Of a stretch of 64,000 nt of DNA, positions 40,380 to 53,000 are shown piece after piece. The notes beneath the pieces are model-generated. The model searched no databases. It had not been told where the DNA came from and saw only the letters and a list, made by a program, of their open reading frames with translations. The DNA is from Epiperipatus broadwayi (Eukaryota; Animalia; Onychophora), in NCBI GenBank assembly GCA_028023455.1, contig JAQFVV010000003.1, forward strand, positions 12,028,001-12,092,000. Reading direction: 5' to 3'. Every line of letters begins with the position of its first letter. Position 1 is the stretch's first letter. The position numbers were made by a program, and so were the translations under genes.

Positions 40380-43300
40380 ATGGCAACTATTGGTTCTATA
40401 GCACCTTTCGACGCTGACTCACCGCAAATGTGGGATACATACGCGTCACAGGTAAATTTCTTTTGTGAAGCTAATAATATTATTGCTGACGAAAGGAAAC
40501 GTGCAACACTCCTCGCTGTCTGTGGACTACGAACATTAAGTATTCTTCGTTCTCTTATATCACCTGCGTTGCCTCATGACAAGTCATATCAAGAAATAGT
40601 AAATATATTAAAACAGTATTTTAATCCACAACCTTCCGTTATTTACCAACGTTTTCAATTTCACCGTCGTTGGCAACGAGAAGAAGAAAATGTGAGTGCA
40701 TTTTTAGCCGACCTTCGATGTTTGGCAGAGAGCTGCGATTTTGGTCTTTCACTAACAGAGCGTCTTCGAGATCAATTTGTCTGTGGACTTCGTGATGAAA
40801 CTACACAGCGCAAATTATTGACAGAAGAATCTTTAACATTAGAGATAGCTCTACAGCGTAGCTTAGCTGCTGAATCTGCATTGGTGCAGGTGCGTGAAAT
40901 CTGTGCCACAAACACTCTCATGTCGACTGTTAATCTTATTCAGCGAAACAGATCAACCTTACCTCACAAAAATGTTTCTAGGTTTTCACTGTCTTCACAA
41001 ACATCCCCTACACACAAAAGGAACATTGGCGCATCTCAATCGGGATTTCCACTTTGCTATGGTTGTGGCAGTCAACACAATTGAGTGGAATGCCCTTTCA
41101 AGAAAACCAAATGCCATTTCTGCCAGAAAATAGGTCATCTACAGCGTGTATGCCGAGCAAAACAACGCACTTTTCCTGGATCTGCAAACCACTGCATGGC
41201 AGTAATGGAGACGGATGATGATGTAAGTCATATCCATGAAATACGCTGTGATGCTTCAACACCTAAATCCTCCGCACATGTGTACATTAATGGCAAGGAA
41301 TGTAAAATGGAAATTGACTCAGGATCAGAATATTCTATTTTATCTTCTGACACACTATCTGAATTGTGCAATGGAAAAATACCTGAACTACATCCAGTAA
41401 CAATTACATTACGGGATTTCCAGCACCACTCAATATTATTCAAGGGATATTGTGTTGTACATGTTCAGTATGGTGTATATTCATGCCATCTACGTTTATT
41501 AATAACAGAGAGTCCCTGTACAAACCTGTTAGGACGTGAATGGTTCACACCTCTAGGTATTTCATTAACTGGAGTCCATCTAATTACCGAACCATTTATT
41601 CAAGATATCATTAATGAATTTCCACAAGTTTTCAGCTCATCTATAGGAACTTACAAGGGTCCAGCTGTATCATTGCCAGTTGATCCTAAATTTCCCCCAA
41701 TCAGACTACGAGCCCGGCCACTACCACTTGCTATGAAACCTAAGGTGGATGTTGCTTTAGATACTCTGCTCCGCGATGGGATCATTGAACCAGTGGAAAA
41801 CCCTGTATGGACAACACCAGTAGTACCGATTCTTAAACCAACAGGAGAGGTGAGATTATGCGGTGACTACAAAGTGACAGTCAACAGAGCTCTTCAGAAT
41901 CACCCATACCCTATACCTGCGGTACATCATCTTCTGACATCTCTTCCTCCTAGCTCTATCTTTGCAAAAATTGATTTAGCTAAGGCCTACCTACAACTTC
42001 CAGTTGATGATATGTCTGCAAACATACAGACAATCATCACTCATCGAGGAGCCTTCCGCATAAAACGTCTACAGTTCGGAATCTGTGTTGCACCCGGAAT
42101 GTTTCAATGTATTATAGACAATTTACTTGGAAACATTTCTGGAGTTTTTCCATATTTCGATGACATATTAATTTGTGCGTCTTCAACAATTGATCTATGT
42201 TCAAAATTACGTACTGTGTTTAAAAGGTTAGCACACAGTGGATTGCGGGCCAATAAAGAAAAATGTGTATTTGGAGTAGATTCTGTGGAATTTCTGGGTT
42301 ATACAATCGACTGTAAAGGCCTGCATCCATCTCCAAGTAAAACAACTGCAATTCAAAATGCTTGCTCTCCTAGGAACAAAATAGAACTGAAAGCATTCTT
42401 AGGTCTTATAAATTTTTATAACAATTTCCTTCCAGATCGTGCAACAGTAGCTGAACCTTTACATCGTTTATTACAGACAAATGCTACATGGACTTGGACA
42501 CCACAACATGAAAAAGCCTTTCTTAAACTTAAAGAGGCATTGATGTCCAATAATGTTCTAGTTCCATTTGACCCTCACCAAAGTGTTCTACTTACATGTG
42601 ATGCTTCGCCTTACGGAGTAGGTGCAGTATTAAGTATGCAATATCCTGATGGATCATCCGCTCCAGTTGCTTTTGCTTCATGGACATTGTCTAAGGCTGA
42701 ACGAAACTATGCACAAATTGATAAAGAAGCTTTGGCAATAGTATTTGGCGTGAAACGTTTTCATCATTTCCTATTCGGAATTAAATTTAACATTTGTACT
42801 GATCATCGTCCGCTGCTTGGCATTTTTACCTCGGATAAACCAACACCAATAATTTTATCACCCCGAATGCAAAGATGGACACACATCCTCAATGCATATT
42901 CTTTCAAACTGGAATATAAACCAGGAAAAAAAGTTGCAAATGCAGACGCGTTGAGCAGATTTCCACTTCCATCAACCGAATGCGACAATCCAAACATGAA
43001 TGGTGTCTTTTTCTTGGAGGAATTGGAAGATCCTCCTGTAACTGCTGAACAAGTTGCACATGCAACACGAAAAGACTTTTTGTTATCAAGAGTAAAAAAC
43101 TATATTTTCACTGCCTGGCCAAGCAGAACCACAGACACTAAACTTCAACCTTTTCTTATAAGACGCAATGAGTTATCAACACACAAAAACTGTTTGCTTT
43201 GGGGGTCACACATAATTATTCCTTTTTCTCTACAGAGAATTGTTCTTAACGAACTTCATTTGGGTCATTCTGGCATCGTGAGAACCAAAGCATTAGCAAG

Positions 43301-44311
43301 GTCATACGTATGGTGGCCATCAATGGATAGGGATATTGAGAATCTTGTGGGCAAATGCAAAAATTGTCAAGTCATAAGACATGCTTGCCCCCGTGCTCCA
43401 ATTCACCCTTGGGAACCACCATCCACACCATGGTCACGACTGCATGTAGATTTTGCAGGCCCAATCGATGGGCAAATGCTTTTTGTTGTTGTTGATGCCT
43501 ATTCAAAATGGGTAGAAGTGCGCAGAATGCCTAAAACAACCTCAGTTGCAACAGTCACAGTACTACGAGAACTATTTTGTACCCATGGAATACCAGAGTG
43601 TGTAGTTTCGGACAATGGACCCCAGTTTGTTTCTTCAGAGTTTTCTACTTTTCTTGCTAGTAATGGAATTCGCCATGCACGAATTGCACCTTACCACCCA
43701 TCAAGTAATGGTCTTGCGGAGAGGGCTGACCAGTCTGTGAAGGAGAGCCTAAAGCGTATTACTCATGGAAATTGGGAGCAACGTATTGCCCAATACCTTT
43801 TGGCTCAGCACATAACTCCATCTACAACTACAGGTTTGAGTCCAGCCGAAATGCTCTTTCATCGACGCCTTCGTACATGCCTAGACTTCCTTCATCCGGA
43901 TAGAGCCCCAAAGTCAGCACCATACAAACATCATCGGTTACGTGAATTCCAACCAGATGACACAGTATTTACACGAGCAGCAGGAAGGGGTTCTCCATGG
44001 ATTCCTGCCATGGTAGAACAGCGTACAGGCCCTCTGTCATATAAAGTACAAACTGATCTGGGTTTACAACATAAGCACATTGATCAGTTGCCTCAAGAAC
44101 AGTGGACACTCTTCCAACTGTCTCATCTCCTGCTGAGGAAACACCACTTGCCCAAAATTCTCTACCCAGTGTGACACTGGAAAACACAAATAACCCGAGC
44201 TCAACACATTTCCATCCTACATCTCCAATTCAAACTCCAAAGGCTTACAGAGAACACCCTCAACGTCAACGCCGTCCACCAGTGCATTTCAAGGATTATG
44301 TTACATACTAA
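40380..44311 (+). pseudogene. gag-pol polyprotein with one in-frame TGA (41082-41084) and a frameshift near 44090
   Basis: Two CCHC knuckles, protease IDSGS, RT YFDD, RNase H CDASPYGVGAVL and integrase HHCC plus D-D-E (VDFAGP, SDNGPQF, GLAER). The RxRRPP..DYV tail lies in the shifted frame and ends at the PPT. Confidence 0.93.
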
Positions 44312-44322
44312 GGGGGAAGGAA

Positions 44323-44518
44323 TGTGATGTCTTACGATCCGTGATGATTTTTCTATCATGACGTCATTCAAGGAATGACTGTGGAACTAGACTATTATTG
44401 TCTGCGGTATGAATGGTAACCGTAACTAGTAAACAAATACTATTTTGATAGCGCTAATTCGTTCTTAAAAATGATAAGTTCTTGGCTGGTTTGTTATTCT
44501 AGAGACTAAAACACTACA
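44323..44518 (+). repeat. 3' LTR (196 bp), preceded by polypurine tract AGGGGGAAGGAA (44311-44322)
   Basis: Direct repeat of 40032-40230. Confidence 0.95.
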
Positions 44519-45453
44519 CCAACTTTAATAAATAAATCTTTGGATACATTGAAACCAACATAAATGACTTTTTCTCTATTTCTATCCCTATCTAATCCCA
44601 ATCTATTTTTTATTTTATTTTTATTAAAAAATAAATGTTCAACTACACCTAGGTTCAAAAAATATTCATTCCTAATAATATCAACCTCATTCTTAAACAA
44701 ATTACTATTTGAACATAACTTAAGTGCTCTAACATTTTTATTATTAACAATATTAATTTTACTATGATTATCAATACCTGAAAACCAATTATTTGACAAT
44801 ACAAAAATGTTTTTTTTTCTAAACACAGATGTTTCTATAATTACATTAGCATTCCTACCAATTTTTTTAAAAATTCTAACATGCATATATTCAATAACAT
44901 TAATGTTTTTTTTTTTTCCATAGTAAACTTTATTTTTTCAACTCTACCATTAATATAATTCAAAAAATTATCTGCATTTTTTTTATCACCACTGAAAACC
45001 ATAAAATAGTCATCAATATATCTAACATAAAAAAGTGGTTTATTCCTATTATAATTCAAAAATTGCTCTTCAAACCTATACATATATATTCCTGCCAAAA
45101 AACCACTTAGACTATTACCCATACTTAAACCCTCTGTCTGCTTATAAAATCCATCCTCATATTTAAAAATCAGGTCCCTACAACAAATCACTATCTCATA
45201 TAAAAGAAAACCTTCAATTTTAACCCTTTATCCTTTTTATATAAATCCATAATATCACAAATAGTAACCTTTGAATCAATGTTAGTATACATACTAACTA
45301 TATCTAACTTTACAAAAAAACAAATTTTTAAAAACCTTATCATCTAAAAAAGACTTTTAATTTACTAATAAACTGTATAAACACAATTTTTTTCAAATAA
45401 TGTAATATATTTTTTAAAAATATTATTATACATTTACTATGAAAAAATTTTGA

Positions 45454-47037
45454 AGTAGGTGTATAATAATATTTTTAAAAAATATATTACATTATTTGAA
45501 AAAAAAAAAGTGTTAATAATTCTATACAATTTATTAGTAAATTAAAAGTTTTTTTTAGATGATAAGGTTTTTAAAAATTTGTTTTTTGTAAAGATAGATA
45601 TGGTTAGTATGTATACTAACATTGATCCAGAGGTTGCTATTTGTAATATTATGGATTTATATAGAAAGGATAAAGGGGTAAAATTAAAAATTGAGGGTTT
45701 TCTTTTATGTAAGATATTAGTGGTTTGTTGTAGGGACCTTATTTTTAAATATGGGGATGGATTTTATAAGCAAAAAGAGGGTTTAAGTATAAGTAATAGT
45801 CTAAATGGTTTTTTGGCAGGAATTTTTTAATTATAATAGGAATAAACCAGTTTTTTATGTTAGATATATTGATGACTATTTTATGGTTTTCAGTGGTAAT
45901 AAAAGAAATGCAGATAATTTTTTGAATTATATTAATGGTAGAATTGAAAAAATAAAGTTTACTATGGAAAAAAAAAATACATTAATGTTATTGAATATAT
46001 GGATGTTAGAATTTTTAAAAAAATTGGTAGGAATGTTAATGTAATTATAGAAACATCTGTGTTTAGAAAAAAAAAAATTTTTTTGTATTGTCAAATAATT
46101 GGTTTTCAGATATTGATAATCATAGTAAAATTAATATTGTTAATAATAAAAATGTTAGAGCACTTAAGTTATGTTCAAATTGTAATTTGTTTAAGAATGA
46201 GGTTGATATTATTAGGAATGAATGTTTTTGAATGATTATCCTATAGGTGTAGTTGAACATTTATTTTCTAATAAAAATAAAATAAAAGTAGAAAGGGATT
46301 AGATAGGGATAGGAATAGGGAAAAAGTTATTTATGTTGGTTTCAATATATCCAAAGATTTATTTATTAAAGTTAGGAAATTAGTTAAAATGATTAATAAA
46401 ATATAATGATTCAATTTGTCCAGTTTATAAAAAAAAAGCAAGTTTAGATTTTTTAATTAATAATAATGGGGACTATAATAGGTTAGAGATTATGAATTCA
46501 ATTTATTTGATAAAATGTTTGGATTGTTTTAGAAAGAATGTAGAAATGACATATGTTGGGACTAGTAAGAATAAATTAAAAACTAGATTAAAACAGCATT
46601 TAGGTGATAAAATTATGCTGTTTACATTCACATGAATAAATTTAAGCATGGGGATTTTGAAATAAAGCCAAAACCAGAGTTAAATAGAATGTTAATGGAA
46701 AAAGAGAAGAGAAAATAATAAGTTATTAATTGAATATTTTAAAAGATATATATAGATTTTTTTTATATTTATTTTTTAAAAAAAGAGGTTTTTGTGAATA
46801 TATTGTGATTATTTGCAATAGGAAAGGGGAGTGAGATAAGGTGAATTTTTAGTTGTGAATATATTTTGTAATTTTTATTAATATATATATATATTGGAAT
46901 ATGTGATATTTATTATATATTAGTCTGCCTTGAAAAAGTCTATATAAAATAGTTGAAACTTTGGATTTTTTATTAATGATTATAGTCATAAAAAAAGCAA
47001 GTTTTTAAAAGAGTTCGTTTATTTATATATTAAACAT
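45454..47037 (+). mobile_element. Penelope-like element E, right arm (5'-truncated RT, GIY-YIG, hammerhead remnant)
   Basis: KIDMVSMYTNID, YKQKEGLSISNSL and YVRYIDDYF. GIY-YIG NSIYLIKCLDC...YVGTSKNKLKTRLKQH at about 46495-46605. Hammerhead remnant CTTGAAAAAG TCTAT ATAAA ATAG TTGAAAC at 46929-46959. Confidence 0.92.
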
Positions 47038-47982
47038 TTTATACCATTAAGGATAAGTAAATATATGGATTTCTTATAGTTTTATAAGTTGCAATTTTAA
47101 GTTTTTTTTTTTTTATAAAACTAATTTTTTATAAGCCAGAATTCTCTCATTTACATGTGCAGAAGATAAAAGTGTAAAATTTAAGCACATTATAAAAGGA
47201 TATTTTTAATTTGAATGCAATGTTTGCAGTAAAAGCTATGACAATAAATATTGCAATACAAAAAGTTTTTGGCTACATTTTATTGCTCTAAGGTGGGAAA
47301 AAAATTTATTTTAAAAAAAAAATCTAAATGTCTTTATGTACAAAAGTCTGTAAATATTCCTAATAATATATTTATTAGGCTGGAGAGGGCAATAATGCTG
47401 TAAGAAGCTATTAAATAACTCAATATTGTTCATTGTATAACTTTTTTAAATTTTATTTATTTAGTAATTTATGTGTGCAAAGTGTAAAATAGTGTAAAAT
47501 ATAGGTGTTTGATAAAAGAATAGAAATGAAATAATGCTTGGCTAAGTTCATGTGTTTACTCTCATTAAAGTTTATGATATAGGCTTAATTATTGAGATAC
47601 TAGAATACATTATAAGGTAATAAGAAAGTAAACTGCCATTGAATGAGTGTTATTATTTGATCTTAATGTCCTGTTGCTGAGTTATTTTACATATTTGTAA
47701 TTATAAGTATGCGACTTTTTTTTTTCCGCATTAAATAGTGAAGCTATAATTTTACTCTAATTTATAATAGCTTTGCTAAGCGCTTTCGAGATTTCATGTT
47801 TGAATCTCATACTCATAGCTTTGTAACTAACGATTGTTATGATTATGCAAATGCGTTTGAATTTTTAATTAGTCCATTGTTTAGAGAGAGCAAAACATGC
47901 CTCTCTTCTATTAATGGCATTTACATATTTGTCTAGAAACAATATATATATATGTAATAATTGTAAGTTATAAAGATTATAG

Positions 47983-49656
47983 TGTAATGCTCACAACATA
48001 TATGCATTATATATGTTTTAATAATTTAAAAAATAAATTAAGAAGAAAAAAATAGTTTAAAAATAGATTTTAAGAATGAATTAAAAATATTATATCATAT
48101 TTTTTTTAAGAATAGATTTGTTTTTATTAAGAGTAAGGAAAGAGAATCCTGTTAGATAAAAATTCAGAACCTACTCTCTTTTTTTTTATAATTGGAAAAA
48201 AAAAGTAAATGATATAATGAAAAAAAGAAATGTTAAAAGATTTTAAAATAAAACTTTTAATAAACATTAAAATTAATTAATGAATGTAGTCTTGTAAACT
48301 ATCTCATCGGCAGGAATACACTTAAATTTTGGAAAGATTCATGGCTGATAAGATAGTAGACGAATCTAAGAAAGATTAGATAAATGAATTTCAATTTAAT
48401 TAAAAACCAAAATTAAATTTTGATAAAAGTGGACTATAGAAGAGGTAGATATAAAAGTGGTGACTTGTCTATTGTTATGATTATTATTACTCCACTTTTG
48501 TGTATGATAGTCAACAAGATCCTCAGAAAATCAGTTATTTCTAACTGCATAAAATCTAAAAATGAAAGCTGTAAAAACAATGATATACATTGCTAAAAAA
48601 CTTCAGGAGTGTTTGTCTGGGTTTTATGCCCTAGGTCTCTGCCACCATCTGTTTTTCTCACCTGTGATCAATTTTTTAACTGTAGTATAGAATGCCGCAT
48701 ACTCTCCTATTGCCAGTCAGAAGCATGGAAAGAAAGCAAGGAAAGCCATCACTGAAGGCTGAATGGCCAGCTATGAGGAGAATCAGAAATGAACAGAAAT
48801 ATGCTGCCAAAAAGATGATGTCATTTTCCTGTTAAGAAAACTTAGATAAATATAACATTCTACTTTGCAAATTAAATGTCTAGACATTCTTAAGAGAAAA
48901 TGGACTATGAAAATGAAGGATAATCAATGATATTTAAATGGTGATAATTATTGTATGGTTATTTATATTTTTTGTTGTTGTTGTATTAACTATTTGATTG
49001 TGTGTGTGTAGGAATAAATTTTATTTAAATGTTGCTTGGTCTATTTTCTCTCTGTTAACTGTGTCACCATGATTGTAAGATTATAATTATTCCATGTACT
49101 TGTTAGTAATGCACTGGATCCCCTGTTCAAAATATTGGAGCTAGCTTCGGTTGCCTTTCATCCAGGCATGCTGGCCATATAAAGTTTACATGGCTGGATG
49201 GCACCTGAGACTCATCTCAAAATAAAATACCTTGGATGATAAGTGTTGTTCCACCATGGAGGGTACTATCTATGGTCAGGAAAAATGGTCGGAGCTGTAC
49301 GTTTGTGTAACCTTGATTTGTCTATAGGTGTCATTGATAGACAGTCTATCAATGATATTCTACCCCTCTACTTGAATATGCGATCACCGGAGTAAAGAGT
49401 CATTAAATAAATATGAAGAGGAATCATAATAGTAATGTTTTTAGTTTATAAGCCGTACATAATGCCAAATGGCAAAATGTTAACTGTACAATACGTTGAT
49501 AAAGATGTATAATCAGCAAATGTAGACAGGTAAGTTAATAAATCCAATCATAATAATCTACAGTTAAAATAATAAATAAATAATAATTATAGTTAATGAA
49601 TAAGCATTTAATAAAAATATATATTTGTCATCATAAAACCCCCCATAATCATTACA
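47983..49656 (+). repeat. 5' LTR (1674 bp)
   Basis: Perfect 7-bp terminal inverted repeat TGTAATG...CATTACA. It is homologous to 56220-56681 plus 62939-64000. It is followed after 2 nt by TGTCATCCAACGTG (49659-49672), an 11/14 match to the tRNA-Lys(CUU) PBS TGGCGCCCAACGTG. Confidence 0.8.
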
Positions 49657-50049
49657 AATGTCATCCAACGTGATCAAAAGTTATTGTTCGAAACAAAATT
49701 TCAAATAAACGCTTAAATTGCATGATAATAAGGGAGAGATGACAAAAGTAAATATGATAATAATATAAAATGGGAAAAGGATATAACTATATATGTGTGA
49801 AATGTAAATAAAAGATAGAGAGTAAAAAAGAAATATGATCAGAGAAATTTGTTATTAGGGTTTTTTTGATAGGGTCAGTTGGGAATATAGAGAGGACTGT
49901 GGGGTCTTGTGGTTAGTCAGACACTCCATTTGAATTAAATTATAGAAAAATAAAGAAAATAAGTTGTACAGTATCATTAAAAAAATAAGATGATATTTTT
50001 AAGTTGTATAGTATCATTAAAAAAATAAGATGATAAAATTAACCCAATG

Positions 50050-53000
50050 CACACTAGAGACAACATAAAAATGGAGGCTCAAAGAATTAGAGTTACTTAA
50101 CGAGAAACAAGAAGTCACAAATAAAATAGAAAAAAGTGACATACTATGAGTTTGTTAGAGAAAAATATGGAAAGGGAGGAGCAAATTGCCAAGGAATTAA
50201 ATGGAAAGGGATAAACCAGGCAGAAATAGGTCAAGAAAAGTAGCGAAAAATTAAAACAAGAAAACACATTAGAAGTTAATGAAAATATAAAAACATGTAG
50301 AAAATAAAATAGATTGCATACCAAGAGATAGAAAAAATTAAAAATTAACAGGAAGAGAGAATGGAAATAGTGCAAGAAGAGAATGAGAAAGTAATAGAAA
50401 ATATGAGAACAGATATGAATAATTTAGCAAAAGTAATAGAAATGATAGTGTTAAAATCTAGGAAATTAAGGCAAAGTTAGAAATAAAAAATTTAATATTG
50501 ACAGTAGGAACAGAAAAGCACAATTATGTACGCATGTTCAAATAATAACTCTGCTACCATAAACCAATTTTTAAAAATAATATGTTTGGGGGCAATAGAG
50601 GAGCTTCCAGCTGAATACCTTAGCAGCTTGGAATGATATTTTCTCATTGAATCAGCTGAGTGAAGAGGCAATGATTGTAATTGCCTGTAGCCATCTACAA
50701 GGCACTTCACAAGTTTGGTGGGACTCCTCATTTATAAAACCTATCATGTTCATAGAATATAAAAAATCATTATTAGCAAGCTACTGGAATGAAGAGCGCC
50801 AGGAAAATATTAGATACCAGGTGTCATAGCACAAATAGTGATCCGGTGAACCTTTCACACTTTTTTTCTGCTTTAGTGAGGCCTAATTTTCTGCATAATA
50901 TGGAATAGATGCTGATAGATACTGAAAGGAAAATAGTTGAGCAAAAATCGAGCTACTATTTGCATTTGACAGCACTAAACCATATTATGAAGTGAAGGAA
51001 AGAGGATTTAAACCCCTACAAAGAGAGGCAAATATGAGTCATAAATTTTCGGCTTTTATAAAAGTGGCTGGGAGGAAAATATTTGATGTAGATCATTGGG
51101 TAGTCCTAGAAAAAAAAAAAGGGGGGGGTGAACATGCTGGAAATGATCCAGAGCTTGATCAACCAAAACCATGGAAAAAATCAAAAATGTATAGCCGTGG
51201 GGCACTTAACAGAAGTCAAACCATATGTTGGAGTATCAGAGGGAAATAAAACAGTATAGGTCTTCCAAAAAACATCTCTCATTGCTAGGGTCAGGGATGA
51301 CCCAAGGAAAGGGTGTGAACATAAAATTATAGCAGGGAAACTAGCCATTCGCATGTAGCCAATTTAGTATTAACTCGGAGGAAAGGGAATCAATATTGGC
51401 ACCTCAGCATTGCTCAAAAGTAAAAGTAACATTGGGGGGCATAATAACAGGTGCACTGCTTGACTCAGGTAGTCAATTGTCAGTAATGTCTCAGTATACA
51501 TTTGAAAAAATCATCCACATAAACCCTAACATTAAAACTTTGTTGTTAAAAACAGTGCATGTGACTATGGCAAAGAGTAAAAAGGCCAAATTAGTGTCTA
51601 ATCAAGTTTGGATAAATGTGTGGATAGAGAAAAGGGAATATAGTCATGTTTTGTTATTTTGGGGGGATTGATACGCAGGGTCTGATTTTGTGCATAAGAC
51701 TGGCTGTGTTGGACTATGTGTTCAACCAGATAAGTTTAAATGGAGAAGTATTGATTTTTATGCTTGATAAAAGATATCAATTTTCCATGATGTGCTGTAT
51801 ACAAAATAAAGCTTTAAAACTGAAATAAATGCAAAGGTAAATAAATCAAAAATTTTAAGTAAACCTCAAAGAAAGATGCTAGAACAGATATCGAGCGAGT
51901 ATGAGATTATTTTTTCAAATGTCCCTGGGACAATCCAAGGCTATGAACACAGGATAAGGCTTCTGAAGGACAAGCTATACCAAGCCAGAACCTACCCTAT
52001 TTCCCACCAGTATGGGGGGGGGGGTCAAAGGGAAAATAGACAATGCTAGAGTAGGGAATCATATCAAAATATGGTGACCATGAAAAAACAGGATGGGTCC
52101 ATCCAGTTATGTTCAGATGTGAGACAATTAAATAACATAACCATTCCTGATACATATGCTTCTCTGCCACACATGAACTATGGTGAAATTTAGAAACAAA
52201 AAAATATTCTCGATGTTTGGTTTGACCGCCAGCTATGGTAGATCAAGTTACATCCTCATAATTGGAAATATATTGCCTTTTGATACAATAGGCATATGTA
52301 TAATTTTAATTGTATACCGTTTGGGCTAAAAAAAATAGTGGGTCGGGGTTAATACAATGCTTAGATCAGGTTTTATCTGATGAAATTAAACAATTGATAG
52401 TGATGTATGTTGATGACATATTACTGGCATCCGAAAATATCGGGGAACACCATGCATTTAGAACAGTTATTTCAAGAGTGTAGAAAGGAATTACAATAAA
52501 ATTTAAAAAGCAGTTTAATGTCAACTGATGTCAAGTTTTTAGGTCCTATAATTAATGGGGAAGATATTCAACCCCATTCTGATAAAATTCAAATAATTCA
52601 GGAGTTTTTTGTCCCAAAGAATAAAAAACATATTGTCATTTCTAAGGTTGTGCAATTTTACAACCGATTTTTATAAAAAAATAATTTACAATTGCTGCAA
52701 TTGCTGAAAAAGGAAAGATCTTGGGTGTGGATGATGCAGCACAATAACAGTTTTCAAAATGTGAAAGTGAATTTTCTAAAGGAAGTCATGCTTTCCTATC
52801 CCGATTTTAATAAGCCATTTTATGTACATATTGACAGTCAGATTGGAAGCTACACTTTTTCAAATCCAAGAAGAGAATTCAGCACGGAGTTTTTTTTTTC
52901 ATAAGTCGGTTACTGAAGAGACCTGAGATAAATTACATGGTAATGGAAAAGAAAACCCTAGCTAACGTTTGGGCTTTTCCAGAAATGTTGTCAGTTTTTT

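Larger units (their letters stand above)
40032..44518 (+). mobile_element. Young Ty3/Gypsy (Mag-like) LTR retrotransposon, near intact
   Basis: Paired LTRs, PBS, PPT and a single gag-pol frame with domain order PR-RT-RH-IN. The probable 5-bp TSD is CTAAC/CCAAC. Confidence 0.97.
39305..45438 (-). mobile_element. Penelope-like element E, left arm, interrupted by the Gypsy insertion at 40032-44518
   Basis: 39305-40031 plus 44519-45438 form the reverse complement of 45454-47037. ORF 44841-45191 encodes KQTEGLSMGNSLS and YVRYIDDYF. Hammerhead remnant at 39383-39424. Confidence 0.9.

Noticed and set aside
41082-41090. Programmed stop-codon readthrough between gag and pol
   Set aside because: The stop lies within a zinc knuckle, the context TGA-GTG is not a known readthrough signal, and a CGA>TGA mutation explains it.
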